In this document: piece after piece, positions 1 through 8,515 of the stretch
Numbering within the stretch: the stretch's first letter is position 1
How the letters are laid out: each line of letters starts with the position of its first letter
Assembly: GCA_902569865.1 (NCBI GenBank)
Contig: CACFVT010000003.1
Location: forward strand, 1 to 51,733
Origin: an uncultured Alphaproteobacteria bacterium
GTDB taxonomy: Bacteria > Pseudomonadota > Alphaproteobacteria > HIMB59 > GCA-002718135
DNA length: 51,733 nt
Direction of reading: 5' to 3'
Position numbers and translations under genes: made by a program
The notes under the pieces: model-generated
What the model was told of the DNA's origin: nothing
Database searches by the model: none
What the model saw: the letters and a program-made list of their open reading frames with translations, nothing else

Positions 1-543
1 GGTGAAAATTTTTATTTCTATTTCATTCGTTGTGTCATTAATAGTGTAATTTCTTCTTGGAATATTGAAAAAAATATTCTTGATAAAAAAAATATAAATA
101 CACTAAGTCTTCAAAATAGAATGTTACATTATTTTGTATTAGAAATTATTTTTTTATTCATTGCGTTTTTTATTGCTGGTATTAACGGCTTAGTATTTGT
201 TAGCTTTCATTCTTTTGTTTCTATTACTTTACTGGAACTTGTGAATTATATTCAACATTATGGTTTAGAGAGAAAAATGCAGAATGGAAAATACGAAAGA
301 TTTACTGACCATCATTCATGGAATAGTCGCCATATTTCCGCTAATTGGTCGACGTTTAATCTAGGTTTACACGCAGAACATCATCAAAGTGCGTCCAAAC
401 ATTACCCACTATTATCACAAGAAGAAAAAGTAATTGAGATGCCAGCAAATTATTCCATTATGCTAATCATGGCTTTAATTCCTCCATTATGGTTTTTTAT
501 AATGGATAAAAAAATAGATAAACTAAAGACAATTAAAATATAA
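1..543 (+). CDS. AlkB-like alkane 1-monooxygenase / membrane fatty-acid desaturase family protein, C-terminal part (5' end lies outside the window)
   Basis: Frame 1 is open from base 1 (GENFYFYFIRC...) into tracked ORF 121..543. Motifs NYIQHYGL, HSWNS and HAEHH are typical of di-iron membrane hydroxylases/desaturases. Confidence 0.7.
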   Translation, partial: GENFYFYFIRCVINSVISSWNIEKNILDKKNINTLSLQNRMLHYFVLEIIFLFIAFFIAGINGLVFVSFHSFVSITLLELVNYIQHYGLERKMQNGKYERFTDHHSWNSRHISANWSTFNLGLHAEHHQSASKHYPLLSQEEKVIEMPANYSIMLIMALIPPLWFFIMDKKIDKLKTIKI

Positions 544-547
544 TTTT

Positions 548-1315
548 TCACCATCTTAAACTCATACAACTTAACCCTGCATCAACTTTTGAAATTTCAT
601 CAACCTTTAGTTTTATAATATTATATTTTTTAGATAAAATCTCTTCTGCTTTAACAAAACCATCAGGAAGTAATAATTTATCATTTATTCTAAGAGAGTT
701 GGAGGCACCCTCTTCTCCTATTGGTAATTCAATTAGATTATAATTTGATTTTAAATAATCTAATTTTGCCATTTTGTAGCTTACTAAAATTACATCATCA
801 TCTATTACGCTACATTCAGACTTAAAATGAAGAATGTCTTCTGGTGTCTTACATATATCAACTGTAGCACCCAGTTTTTTAAGAATATTAGATAAATTTT
901 CTGCACCCAATTTATTTGTTCTATTTGAGAGACCTACAATAAAATGATTATTTATATTTAAAATGTCACCACCTTCAACAAAACCATTTTCTACTAATAA
1001 TATATTATCAAAAAGATGTTTAATTTCCTCTTTAATAATATCTTTTTCACCGTTTCTGCTTCGATCAAAGGGATTTAATATAATAAGATTAGATTTATAG
1101 GTAAGTGCAGGATCTTCTACAAATATACTATCGGGATATTTTTCTAGTGGTTCTAATATGTGAATTTTTAGACCAGCTTCTTTAATTGCTTTTACATAAT
1201 TGTTATGTTCGTTTAGCACCATTTCATACTGAGGATGTAAATTTTGTGAACTTAATCCATTTTGAATGTTTTTATTTGTTTTTCTAATTATTGCATTATT
1301 AAAATTATAGCTCAT
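548..1315 (-). CDS. Dimethylarginine dimethylaminohydrolase-like (amidinotransferase-fold) hydrolase
   Basis: 255-aa ORF. It has the SIFVEDP motif and the C-terminal catalytic-Cys context GLSCMSLRW typical of DDAH/arginine-deiminase-fold enzymes. Confidence 0.65.
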   Translation of the reverse strand: MSYNFNNAIIRKTNKNIQNGLSSQNLHPQYEMVLNEHNNYVKAIKEAGLKIHILEPLEKYPDSIFVEDPALTYKSNLIILNPFDRSRNGEKDIIKEEIKHLFDNILLVENGFVEGGDILNINNHFIVGLSNRTNKLGAENLSNILKKLGATVDICKTPEDILHFKSECSVIDDDVILVSYKMAKLDYLKSNYNLIELPIGEEGASNSLRINDKLLLPDGFVKAEEILSKKYNIIKLKVDEISKVDAGLSCMSLRW

Positions 1316-1410
1316 ATTTATATTCTTTTAAGGTAAAATATTATACTAACTAAAATGGGAAATAATTTAAATAACTTTTAATATTAATATAAATTAACAA
1401 TCATTTTTTA

Positions 1411-1435
1411 ATGCTGGGATATAAAATCCCAGCAT
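1411..1435 (-). terminator. Perfect 10-bp hairpin (ATGCTGGGAT / ATCCCAGCAT, loop ATAAA) 16 nt downstream of the 1452..1862 stop; possible terminator without a U-tract
   Basis: The inverted repeat was read directly. It is unusually GC-rich for this intergenic DNA. No T-run follows it on the minus strand. Confidence 0.35.
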
Positions 1436-1451
1436 AGATAATAAAAGTTAA

Positions 1452-1862
1452 TTAAGCATATATTGTATCAGAAAGTCTAAGTATGAGGATAATAGCTATC
1501 ACAACAAATACGTGCCCTACTACTTCATCACCAACATCTGTTTTTGAGTCTGGATCAATAATTTTTAATCGTGTCCCCCAACTTAATAGCACCTGACATA
1601 ATGATACAAGAAAGTTAAAGACAAAGAAAATCCAGCAACCAAGTGGTCCATTTTCTCTAAAAATAATCCAAACACCTATAATCAGAGTTGGAAGAACAAA
1701 ACTTCCAACAATTCTTATAATTGGGACTGATTTTTCTCCTAAATCATACCTTGTTACAAGTGTGTTTGGACTAAACACAGTAAGAACAGCGTAGTACCCT
1801 AAACCTAACATGCTTATGGAATATAAAACTAAATTTAATATTCCACCCCAAGCCTCAATCAT
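1452..1862 (-). CDS. Small integral membrane protein, unknown function
   Basis: 136 aa with about four hydrophobic helices. A GGAGG Shine-Dalgarno lies 5 nt upstream (rc of 1867-1871) in the 17-nt gap after the upstream gene. Confidence 0.7.
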   Translation of the reverse strand: MIEAWGGILNLVLYSISMLGLGYYAVLTVFSPNTLVTRYDLGEKSVPIIRIVGSFVLPTLIIGVWIIFRENGPLGCWIFFVFNFLVSLCQVLLSWGTRLKIIDPDSKTDVGDEVVGHVFVVIAIILILRLSDTIYA

Positions 1863-1879
1863 AGTGCCTCCTTTATAAA

Positions 1880-2176
1880 TTATACTTCTGTTTTAGATAA
1901 ATCCCACAACTGGACATTGTCAACACAATCATCAAACATTGCTTTTGCATTTGGATTAGGATGGTTTCCAGAAGCAAATTGCCTCATATTTTCTTCATTG
2001 TGCACAGTAACCTTCATCATTGCATAACTTTTATCTGGAGCAAAACCTGGTCTGGTTTGTTCAACGTGAGCGATTGTTTTTCTTATTTCCATTCCTTCTT
2101 CTGATTGAAACCAGCCCATAAACTTATCAAACATTCCTTCTTTAAAAGCAACCATTGCTAACATTTCTTTATCCAT
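1880..2176 (-). CDS. Hypothetical protein (98 aa)
   Basis: Clean ORF, co-oriented and tightly spaced with 1452..1862. No motif recognised. Confidence 0.6.
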   Translation of the reverse strand: MDKEMLAMVAFKEGMFDKFMGWFQSEEGMEIRKTIAHVEQTRPGFAPDKSYAMMKVTVHNEENMRQFASGNHPNPNAKAMFDDCVDNVQLWDLSKTEV

Positions 2177-2279
2177 AAAATATCTTTCTGTTATTGTGTT
2201 ATTACTTTAAGTTGATTCTTTAATTATAAAATATTAAATTTTGAAGATAAATTTATCTCCTTTTAATTAATTTAATAAA

Positions 2280-2630
2280 TTATTCTCCCCAAGCACCGTG
2301 AAATTCTATAACTTCAGCTGGTTCATCTCCAACAACCCAACCATCATGACCAGGGTCAATAGAGTAAGCGTCACCCTTTGTGTAACTAACTTCAGTTCCA
2401 TCTTCATGCCTCGCACAAACTGTACCTGCAATAATAATTCCTAAGTGTTTAGTTTGACAACTTTCTGTTTTTACAACAGGCTTAATATCTTTTGACCATT
2501 TCCAACCTGGTTGTAATGTCAATCTCATTAATCTTTGTCCGCCAACTTTAACAGACTCTATTTTAGCATTATTAAATGCAGTTGATACTTCATCAGGGTT
2601 ACTAAAACTTTTAACTTCTATAGAGCTCAT
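2280..2630 (-). CDS. Cupin-domain protein
   Basis: 116 aa with small beta-barrel pattern (HLGIIIAGT ... GDAYSIDPGHDGWV). AGGAGG SD upstream (rc of 2631-2650). Confidence 0.6.
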   Translation of the reverse strand: MSSIEVKSFSNPDEVSTAFNNAKIESVKVGGQRLMRLTLQPGWKWSKDIKPVVKTESCQTKHLGIIIAGTVCARHEDGTEVSYTKGDAYSIDPGHDGWVVGDEPAEVIEFHGAWGE

Positions 2631-2822
2631 AATTTACGTCCTCCTAAAATAAATTAAATTAATAGTATCAGAAAAAAAACATATTTTTAAAAGAAAATAT
2701 TATTAAATTTTAACTGTTATAAAATAACAAAGATTAAATTTAAAAGCCTTTGCCTTGATAAATTTATTATTATCAATATTATTAATCTAATAAATACAAA
2801 AAATAATTTAAAAAGGATAAAA

Positions 2823-3146
2823 ATGTCAATAATAAAAAAACTTTGGGATGCGGAAGAGAATAAAGATTTAGCTCAATTTAATGAGGTAATGAGTGAAGAT
2901 TTTGTTTGGGTAAAACATTCTACTGGTGAAGAAATCGGAAGAGATGTCTTAGCTACATGGTTTATGAGTGACGATGCACCTAAATCAGAAAATAATAGAA
3001 TAATTTATGAAAATGATGAAATTGGAGTAGCTCATAGTTTTGTAACCTTTAAAGATGGCTCAAGACAAGCAGTTATGGTTGTCTATACTATCAAAGATGG
3101 AAAAATTATCCGCTCTGAAACTGGCGCTACAGATATGCCAAAATAA
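2823..3146 (+). CDS. SnoaL/NTF2-like small protein (paralog of 20647..20967)
   Basis: 107 aa. The C-terminal half (IYENDEIGVAHSFVTF.DG..QAVM......DGKII..ETGAT.MPK) is nearly identical to the 106-aa ORF at 20647..20967. Confidence 0.7.
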   Translation: MSIIKKLWDAEENKDLAQFNEVMSEDFVWVKHSTGEEIGRDVLATWFMSDDAPKSENNRIIYENDEIGVAHSFVTFKDGSRQAVMVVYTIKDGKIIRSETGATDMPK

Positions 3147-3169
3147 AAAACTAATATAATTTCAATAAA

Positions 3170-4141
3170 ATGCATCGTTATTTTTTAATTCCGATGATTA
3201 GTTTTTTTCTAGTGATTTTAGGTTTTGTTATCTATTTTCAATATATAAACGAAAATTGGAAATATTTGGTTCCTAAACCTATCCTACCAGATTCATGTAA
3301 TGATTTAATAGATGTGGAATTAGTTATTCATGAAGATGATTATTTGGAAGGAAGATCTTATATTGACAGTCCAGATATTATTAATGGTAAACAAATTCAT
3401 GCAGTATATTTATTACCTTGTGAGAGAGAAGATAGAAGATTCGATGTTAATTCAAATATAGAGTTTTCTTTATTAGCTATAAATAAATGGTTTTTGGATA
3501 AATCAGCAAATCAAGAATTACGTTTTGATATAACTAATAAAAATCAGATTGATGTTACTTTCTTACGTGTAAATAAAACTATGAATTGGTTTGATAATAA
3601 AAAAAAAGAAGAAAATAATAAAAAAATAGACATTTCAGAAAAAATAAAAAAAATTATTTATTTAAATAAAGATAAGTTTCAAAATTTTTCTGATAAAAAA
3701 TTTATTATTTTTTTTGAAGGTTGGGAAAGAAGAAAATATATAAATTATGATGTTTGTGGCAAAGCTGATTTTGAAGGTAAAATTTCTGTTTATTATACCT
3801 ACTCACGTTTTAAAAAATATATTGGTAGTGAGTTAAATCTTAAAAAAAACAAAAGAATATTTACATGCACAAAGAAAGATCACTTAAATGATGTAAATGA
3901 TCTTAATTTTGGTGATGCAGAGGCTACTATTTTACATGAAATTCTTCATTTATTAGGTGCACCGTCTAAATGTGGTAAAAATTTAGATAACTCAAAATCT
4001 CATGTCTCAGATACTACAAAAGATATAATGCATAAACAATCAGGAAATGAATATTTAGATTATAAAAATGATGATTATTATAACCACAATATTGAAGGAT
4101 GTAGTGATTTAAAAAATAGTGATTACCTAATATCTTATTAA
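3170..4141 (+). CDS. Membrane-anchored hypothetical protein with HExxH zincin motif (HEILHLLG)
   Basis: 323 aa with an N-terminal TM helix (FLIPMISFFLVILGFVIYF), a K/N-rich low-complexity insert, and HEILHLLGAPSKCG near the C-terminus. Confidence 0.6.
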   Translation: MHRYFLIPMISFFLVILGFVIYFQYINENWKYLVPKPILPDSCNDLIDVELVIHEDDYLEGRSYIDSPDIINGKQIHAVYLLPCEREDRRFDVNSNIEFSLLAINKWFLDKSANQELRFDITNKNQIDVTFLRVNKTMNWFDNKKKEENNKKIDISEKIKKIIYLNKDKFQNFSDKKFIIFFEGWERRKYINYDVCGKADFEGKISVYYTYSRFKKYIGSELNLKKNKRIFTCTKKDHLNDVNDLNFGDAEATILHEILHLLGAPSKCGKNLDNSKSHVSDTTKDIMHKQSGNEYLDYKNDDYYNHNIEGCSDLKNSDYLISY

Positions 4142-4145
4142 ATAA

Positions 4146-5276
4146 TTAGGGATTTAAAATAACTTTCATTGATTGGTCACTCATAGCAACATCCATTGCC
4201 TCATGAACATTATCAATGTTAAACTGATGAGATATAATTTTTTCCCATGGCAATTTGTCAATATTTCTTTCAAGCAATTTTATAGATGGATAATATTGAG
4301 AGATATCATCACCACCAATTCCTATAACTCTAGCACTTTTTTCAAGAATATGTGAATGAGGATTGATAGGAATATCATGTGAATTAGAAAAAATTCCTAC
4401 TTCTAAAACCATCCCCCCTTCTCTTATTAATTCCAAGGCAATAGTAAAACCTTCTGAAACACCTGAACAATCAACAACTAAATCTGCACCTAAATTATCG
4501 GTTAATCGCATTATACTATCATTTATTTCCTCTCTATCATCACTCGTTATAACTTCTGTTGCTCCAAATTCTTTAGCAAGTGATGTTCTAAATTTATAGG
4601 GATCAACAGAATAAATTTTTCCTGCACCCATCAGATTAGCTTTTATTAAATGAAATAAACCTATTGGTCCTGTTCCTAAAATAACTACAGTATCACCACT
4701 TCTAAATGGTTCCCACTCTGAAGACCATTGACGAGCTTTATCTAAACATCCTGTGACTGAGAGAGGTTCAATAAAAGTTCCAAATTTAGGATCAAGTGTA
4801 TCAGGATATTTAAATAAATGGCTACCTGGTAAAATATACAAGTATTCACTCCATCCACCAAAAATATGAGGTGGCTCACCTGCTCCTATATTATTTCCAT
4901 AATCTAACTTACATTCACAATAATAGTATGGTCGATTATTTCGACAAGCAAAACATTCACCACATGAAATATTTGGGGCTGGGACAACTCTATCCCCTAC
5001 ATGCAATTCATTTCCATCATGATCCAAAATCTTACCATTGATCTCTTCAATTATACCTACATTTTCATGTCCTTGAATTACTGGTAGAGGTATGGGCCTT
5101 CCTCCCTTTTGATGAAAAAAACCTTCAAATGAATGTTTGTCTGTTCCACAAATACCAGAATATTCCATTCGAATAATTGCTGAGTCTTTTTTTACTTCAG
5201 GATATGGAAAACTTTTTAAAGATAATTTACCTTTAGCTTCAAGAACAACTGATTTAACAAATCTATTTTTAATCAT
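4146..5276 (-). CDS. Zinc-dependent alcohol/polyol dehydrogenase (MDR family)
   Basis: GHENVG catalytic-zinc motif, structural-zinc Cys cluster CGECFACRNN...C, and Rossmann GTGPIGL. Confidence 0.85.
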   Translation of the reverse strand: MIKNRFVKSVVLEAKGKLSLKSFPYPEVKKDSAIIRMEYSGICGTDKHSFEGFFHQKGGRPIPLPVIQGHENVGIIEEINGKILDHDGNELHVGDRVVPAPNISCGECFACRNNRPYYYCECKLDYGNNIGAGEPPHIFGGWSEYLYILPGSHLFKYPDTLDPKFGTFIEPLSVTGCLDKARQWSSEWEPFRSGDTVVILGTGPIGLFHLIKANLMGAGKIYSVDPYKFRTSLAKEFGATEVITSDDREEINDSIMRLTDNLGADLVVDCSGVSEGFTIALELIREGGMVLEVGIFSNSHDIPINPHSHILEKSARVIGIGGDDISQYYPSIKLLERNIDKLPWEKIISHQFNIDNVHEAMDVAMSDQSMKVILNP

Positions 5277-5326
5277 TGTTCATAAATAATATCATATGAG
5301 CAATTTTTATTGAATATTTAGCAAAT

Positions 5327-5423
5327 AATCAATTAAAGAAATCCAATTGTGGCATCGATTAGGAGAATATTTATGAAAAATAAGGTGATTATAAATACTA
5401 TTATTAGTTTTATCAGTGCCACA
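5327..5423. repeat. Copy A of a ~95-nt intergenic element (79-nt core 5345-5423 with terminal inverted repeat)
   Basis: Shares ATCAATTAAA, AATTGTGGCA, AGGAG at core offset 17-21, and the final TATCAGTGCCACA with copy B. The ends pair as TGTGGCA/TGCCACA. Confidence 0.6.
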
Positions 5424-5560
5424 AAAATTCTTATAAAAATAAATTGAGATATTTTTTTGGTATAATTATGTTTTTCTTAAGAAATAAAATTAATATGAGC
5501 TAGAAATTTTCAAAACTAAATACATTCCTACACAAAAAATTATTATCAAATCAATTATAA

Positions 5561-6034
5561 TCATATTGTTTTCCAATCTTTAAATTCTTCCTGAAGAATA
5601 TCTTTGTCTTTAAATACTATACTCTCTGAAATTAATTTTCCCCCTTCATTAATTTGAAGACTTCCGTAGGTTATTTTTCCTGACACATAACTTGATGACA
5701 TAAGTTTTAATAATTCTCTAACATCAATCTCCCCTTCTACATTTCCTTCAACATATAGTTTGTTAGTTTTTATTTTACCTTTTATAGATCCAGTCTTGCC
5801 AACTATTAATTCATTGCATGAAATATCACCCTCTATTGTACCTTGTACATTAATTTCATTTTCTTCTTTTATTTCACCTTTTATACTAGCTCCTTCACCA
5901 ATCATGAGAGAGCTTGTTTCCTTAATTTGCGTTATAGGTTCAGAGATATCATTTTTAACATTATTATGGTAACTCATAATATTTTTAGTTTTATGAAGAG
6001 GTTCAGTTTTCGTTTTTAACTTTAGTAATGACAT
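5561..6034 (-). CDS. Bactofilin-family cytoskeletal protein
   Basis: 157 aa. Repetitive beta-helix pattern (GASIKGEIK..., VQGTIEGDISCNELIVGKTGSIKGKIKTNKLYVEGNVEGEI) is typical of DUF583/bactofilin. Confidence 0.8.
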   Translation of the reverse strand: MSLLKLKTKTEPLHKTKNIMSYHNNVKNDISEPITQIKETSSLMIGEGASIKGEIKEENEINVQGTIEGDISCNELIVGKTGSIKGKIKTNKLYVEGNVEGEIDVRELLKLMSSSYVSGKITYGSLQINEGGKLISESIVFKDKDILQEEFKDWKTI

Positions 6035-6133
6035 TTATTTTCCTTTTTTAATTATTGTTTAAAGATACTTATGAATAATGTTTGTCTAATGGATGTTGTA
6101 AATATGTTAATTTTATGAAAAAAGAACTCAGTA

Positions 6134-7054
6134 ATGATTGATACAAATTATTTTAAATCAGTTCGAATATTAGATGGTGGAATGGGACAGGAACTTTTAT
6201 CAAAAGGATTACAATCTAAAGGTTCTTTGTGGTCAGCATCTGCTTTATTAGAAAAAAAATATCATCAACTGGTAATAGATACTCATCTTAACTTTATTAA
6301 TGCAGGCGCCAATGTCATTGTAACAAATAATTTTTCTGCAAGACGTGTAAGAATGATTGAGAATAAAGCAAATGATCAATTTGAATATGCAAATAAAATA
6401 GCGGGAGAATTGGCATTAAAGGCAAAAGAACTATCAAAAAAGAATATAATGATAGCTGGAAGCCTACCTGCACAAAATGATACATATGTAAAAGATGAAA
6501 GAGATTCCAAGATTATAGAAAGTGGATTTCTTGATCAGGCTTTATGTCTCCAACAATATGTGGATTTTTATTATTTAGATGTAATGTCAAGTCTGAGAGA
6601 ATGCCAAATAGCATTATCCGTAACTGAAAAAATAAAAATACCAGCATTAGTAGGATTACATATTAAAGCTAATGGAAAACTGCCTTCTGATGAAAAAGTA
6701 TATGATGTTATAAGCGAATGTAAAAAATATAATATACTTGGTGTTATACTCTCTTGTGTGTCACCTGAGACTATTGAACAAATAGCTGATGAATTATCAA
6801 AACTTGAGATACCCTATGGTTATAAAGCTAACTTATGGAAATTAAATGATCCTCTACCTCATACAGCATGGATAAAAGAACCAGATCAAATAGGAACAAA
6901 TCCAATTGAAGTATTAGGCACTAGAGATGATTATTCAGATGAAATGTTTTATAATTTTTCTAAAAAAATGATTGATAAAGGAGCTACTATTATTGGTGGA
7001 TGTTGTGAAATAAAACCAAAACATATTAAAAAAGTATCAGAATTATTAAATTAA
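6134..7054 (+). CDS. Homocysteine S-methyltransferase family protein (MmuM-like)
   Basis: 306 aa. N-terminal LDGGMGQEL and C-terminal zinc-site GGCCEIKP are typical of the Hcy S-methyltransferase domain. Confidence 0.8.
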   Translation: MIDTNYFKSVRILDGGMGQELLSKGLQSKGSLWSASALLEKKYHQLVIDTHLNFINAGANVIVTNNFSARRVRMIENKANDQFEYANKIAGELALKAKELSKKNIMIAGSLPAQNDTYVKDERDSKIIESGFLDQALCLQQYVDFYYLDVMSSLRECQIALSVTEKIKIPALVGLHIKANGKLPSDEKVYDVISECKKYNILGVILSCVSPETIEQIADELSKLEIPYGYKANLWKLNDPLPHTAWIKEPDQIGTNPIEVLGTRDDYSDEMFYNFSKKMIDKGATIIGGCCEIKPKHIKKVSELLN

Positions 7055-7068
7055 TTATTATTATTAAA

Positions 7069-7161
7069 AATCAATTAAAATAAATTGTGGCACCTACAAG
7101 GAGTAAATTCACAACAAGTACAGTGCAAAATAAAAGAACTATTTTATCTATCAGTGCCACA
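7069..7161. repeat. Copy B of the ~95-nt intergenic element (79-nt core 7083-7161)
   Basis: Same core length as copy A. My hand alignment gives 53/79 identity, with the first 10 and last 13 nt perfect. Closing stem is 8 bp (TGTGGCAC/GTGCCACA). Confidence 0.6.
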
Positions 7162-7241
7162 GTTATAATCTAAAGATCAAAATTGACATCAAAGAGGTCT
7201 AAATGTGTTTGTAATAAGATATTAGAATATTAATCTTCACT

Positions 7242-7266
7242 TGTTCGGAATGATTCAAATATGGCA
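7242..7266. repeat. Degenerate direct repeat of the tRNA-Arg 3' end (candidate att remnant)
   Basis: tgttcggaatgattcaaatatggca versus tgcccggcatgattcgaacatgcga (12129-12153) gives 18/25 identity in the same orientation. It lies 14 nt beyond the ureG stop. Confidence 0.4.
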
Positions 7267-7279
7267 AAAAATATAATAA

Positions 7280-7891
7280 TTATAATCCGCCTTGAGAAAT
7301 TAAGAAGTCAGAAATTTTTTCAATTCCTTTATTATTTTTCATTTCACCAAAAATATAAGGTAAACCATTTCTGGCTTCATTTACATCGACTTTCATTTGC
7401 TCTAAATCAACATTAACATGAGGAGCAAGATCAACTTTATTGATGACCAGTAAATCAGATTTTTTTATTGCTGGGGCTTTTTTTCTTGGAATGTCAGCAC
7501 CTTGAGCAACATCAATCATGTAAATTGTTAAATCAACTAACTCTGGGCTAAAAGTTGCTGCTAAATTATCACCACCAGATTCAATAAGTATTAATTCTAA
7601 ATCAGGAAATTTTTTTTTCATTTCATCTACTGCAAGTAGGTTGATTGAACAATCTTCCCTTATAGCTGTATGTGGACATCCTCCCGTTTCAACACCTTTA
7701 ATTCTTTCCATTGGAAGAACTTGAGTCTTCATTAAATATTCAGCATCTTCTGTTGTATAAATATCGTTTGATATAACTGCTATTGAAAATTTTTTTGATA
7801 AATGGCGACATAACGATTCTGTTAAACTAGTTTTTCCTGTACCTATTCCCCCTCCTATACCAACTTTTAAGGGTCCGTTAATATTATTCAC
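7280..7891 (-). CDS. ureG: Urease accessory GTPase UreG
   Basis: P-loop [20 protein letters not shown] and ESGGDNL motifs. It is the last gene of the ure operon. Confidence 0.95.
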   Translation of the reverse strand: MNNINGPLKVGIGGGIGTGKTSLTESLCRHLSKKFSIAVISNDIYTTEDAEYLMKTQVLPMERIKGVETGGCPHTAIREDCSINLLAVDEMKKKFPDLELILIESGGDNLAATFSPELVDLTIYMIDVAQGADIPRKKAPAIKKSDLLVINKVDLAPHVNVDLEQMKVDVNEARNGLPYIFGEMKNNKGIEKISDFLISQGGL

Positions 7892-8514
7892 GTTAAATAA
7901 ATCCTTGAATCTAAATTTTCATGCTTAATTGCAAAAATATCAGCTACAAAAAAAGTTGTACCAATGTCTTTAAGAGAAAGTTTTTTTGATTGATCTAAAA
8001 ATTTTTGTATTTGATCTATAAAATAAACATTTAATGTTTGGCCATCTTTTTGTGAAATAGGAATATGTTTAACACATACATTAATTAAATTAGAGATATA
8101 GGATTGAAGATAAAATCTAATCAAATCATTAAAATTAATTTTAAAATGAAGGGCAGCTTTACCTACACAATAAACAAAAGCTGTATTGTCAGCTAATGAT
8201 AGTTCCCAGCTGTCTTTCATGATTTTTCTAAATGAATTACCCATATCAATCATTTCTGTATGCCTTTCTTTAGTGGAAGCGCTTGCTAAAATTAGATCAT
8301 TAATTTCATCACCTTTGTAGATCGAATTTAAAAAAATATAATCATTTCTCAAAGTACCATAAAATAATAAAGCATTTAAAAATTCACTGACGTCTCCTTT
8401 ATTATTAATTTTTTTATGATCTATAATTGCTTCAAGTCCATGTGAATATGCATAGGAGCCTAATGGAAAGGAGGATGAAAACCAAATTTGTAAGATTTGA
8501 AGTGGATCTTTCAT
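7888..8514 (-). CDS. ureF: Urease accessory protein UreF (start moved to the internal ATG at 8514; tracked ORF runs to 8580)
   Basis: Position in the operon and UreF-like helical sequence. The ATG at 8514 (MKDPLQILQ...) lies 1 nt after the ureE stop. The longer form would overlap ureE by 65 nt. Confidence 0.85.
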   Translation of the reverse strand: MKDPLQILQIWFSSSFPLGSYAYSHGLEAIIDHKKINNKGDVSEFLNALLFYGTLRNDYIFLNSIYKGDEINDLILASASTKERHTEMIDMGNSFRKIMKDSWELSLADNTAFVYCVGKAALHFKINFNDLIRFYLQSYISNLINVCVKHIPISQKDGQTLNVYFIDQIQKFLDQSKKLSLKDIGTTFFVADIFAIKHENLDSRIYLT

Positions 8515-8515
8515 T

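Noticed and set aside
2755-2776. Palindrome TTGATAA-8 nt-TTATCAA upstream of the SnoaL-like gene
   Set aside because: It is an all-A/T-dominated 7-mer in roughly 85 percent A/T DNA, so it is likely chance. No counterpart exists upstream of the paralog at 20968-21020.
4173-4599. Two plus-strand ORFs (4173..4355, 4363..4599)
   Set aside because: They lie antisense inside the well-supported Zn-ADH gene and have low-complexity sequences with no motifs. They are shadow ORFs.
5760-5972. Plus-strand 70-aa ORF
   Set aside because: It is antisense to the bactofilin gene and mirrors that gene's repetitive codons.
6035-6133. Possible SAM-type riboswitch upstream of the MmuM-like gene (30012-30097 upstream of bhmt also examined)
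   Set aside because: Both leaders are short, almost pure A/T, and lack any GC-containing pseudoknot or stem elements. Neither resembles what I recall of SAM-II or SAM-V.
7085-7105. TGGCAC-N5 resemblance to a sigma-54 -24 box at the start of the repeated element
   Set aside because: The -12 position reads AGGAG rather than TTGC in both copies. SAR11-type genomes are also not known to me to encode RpoN.
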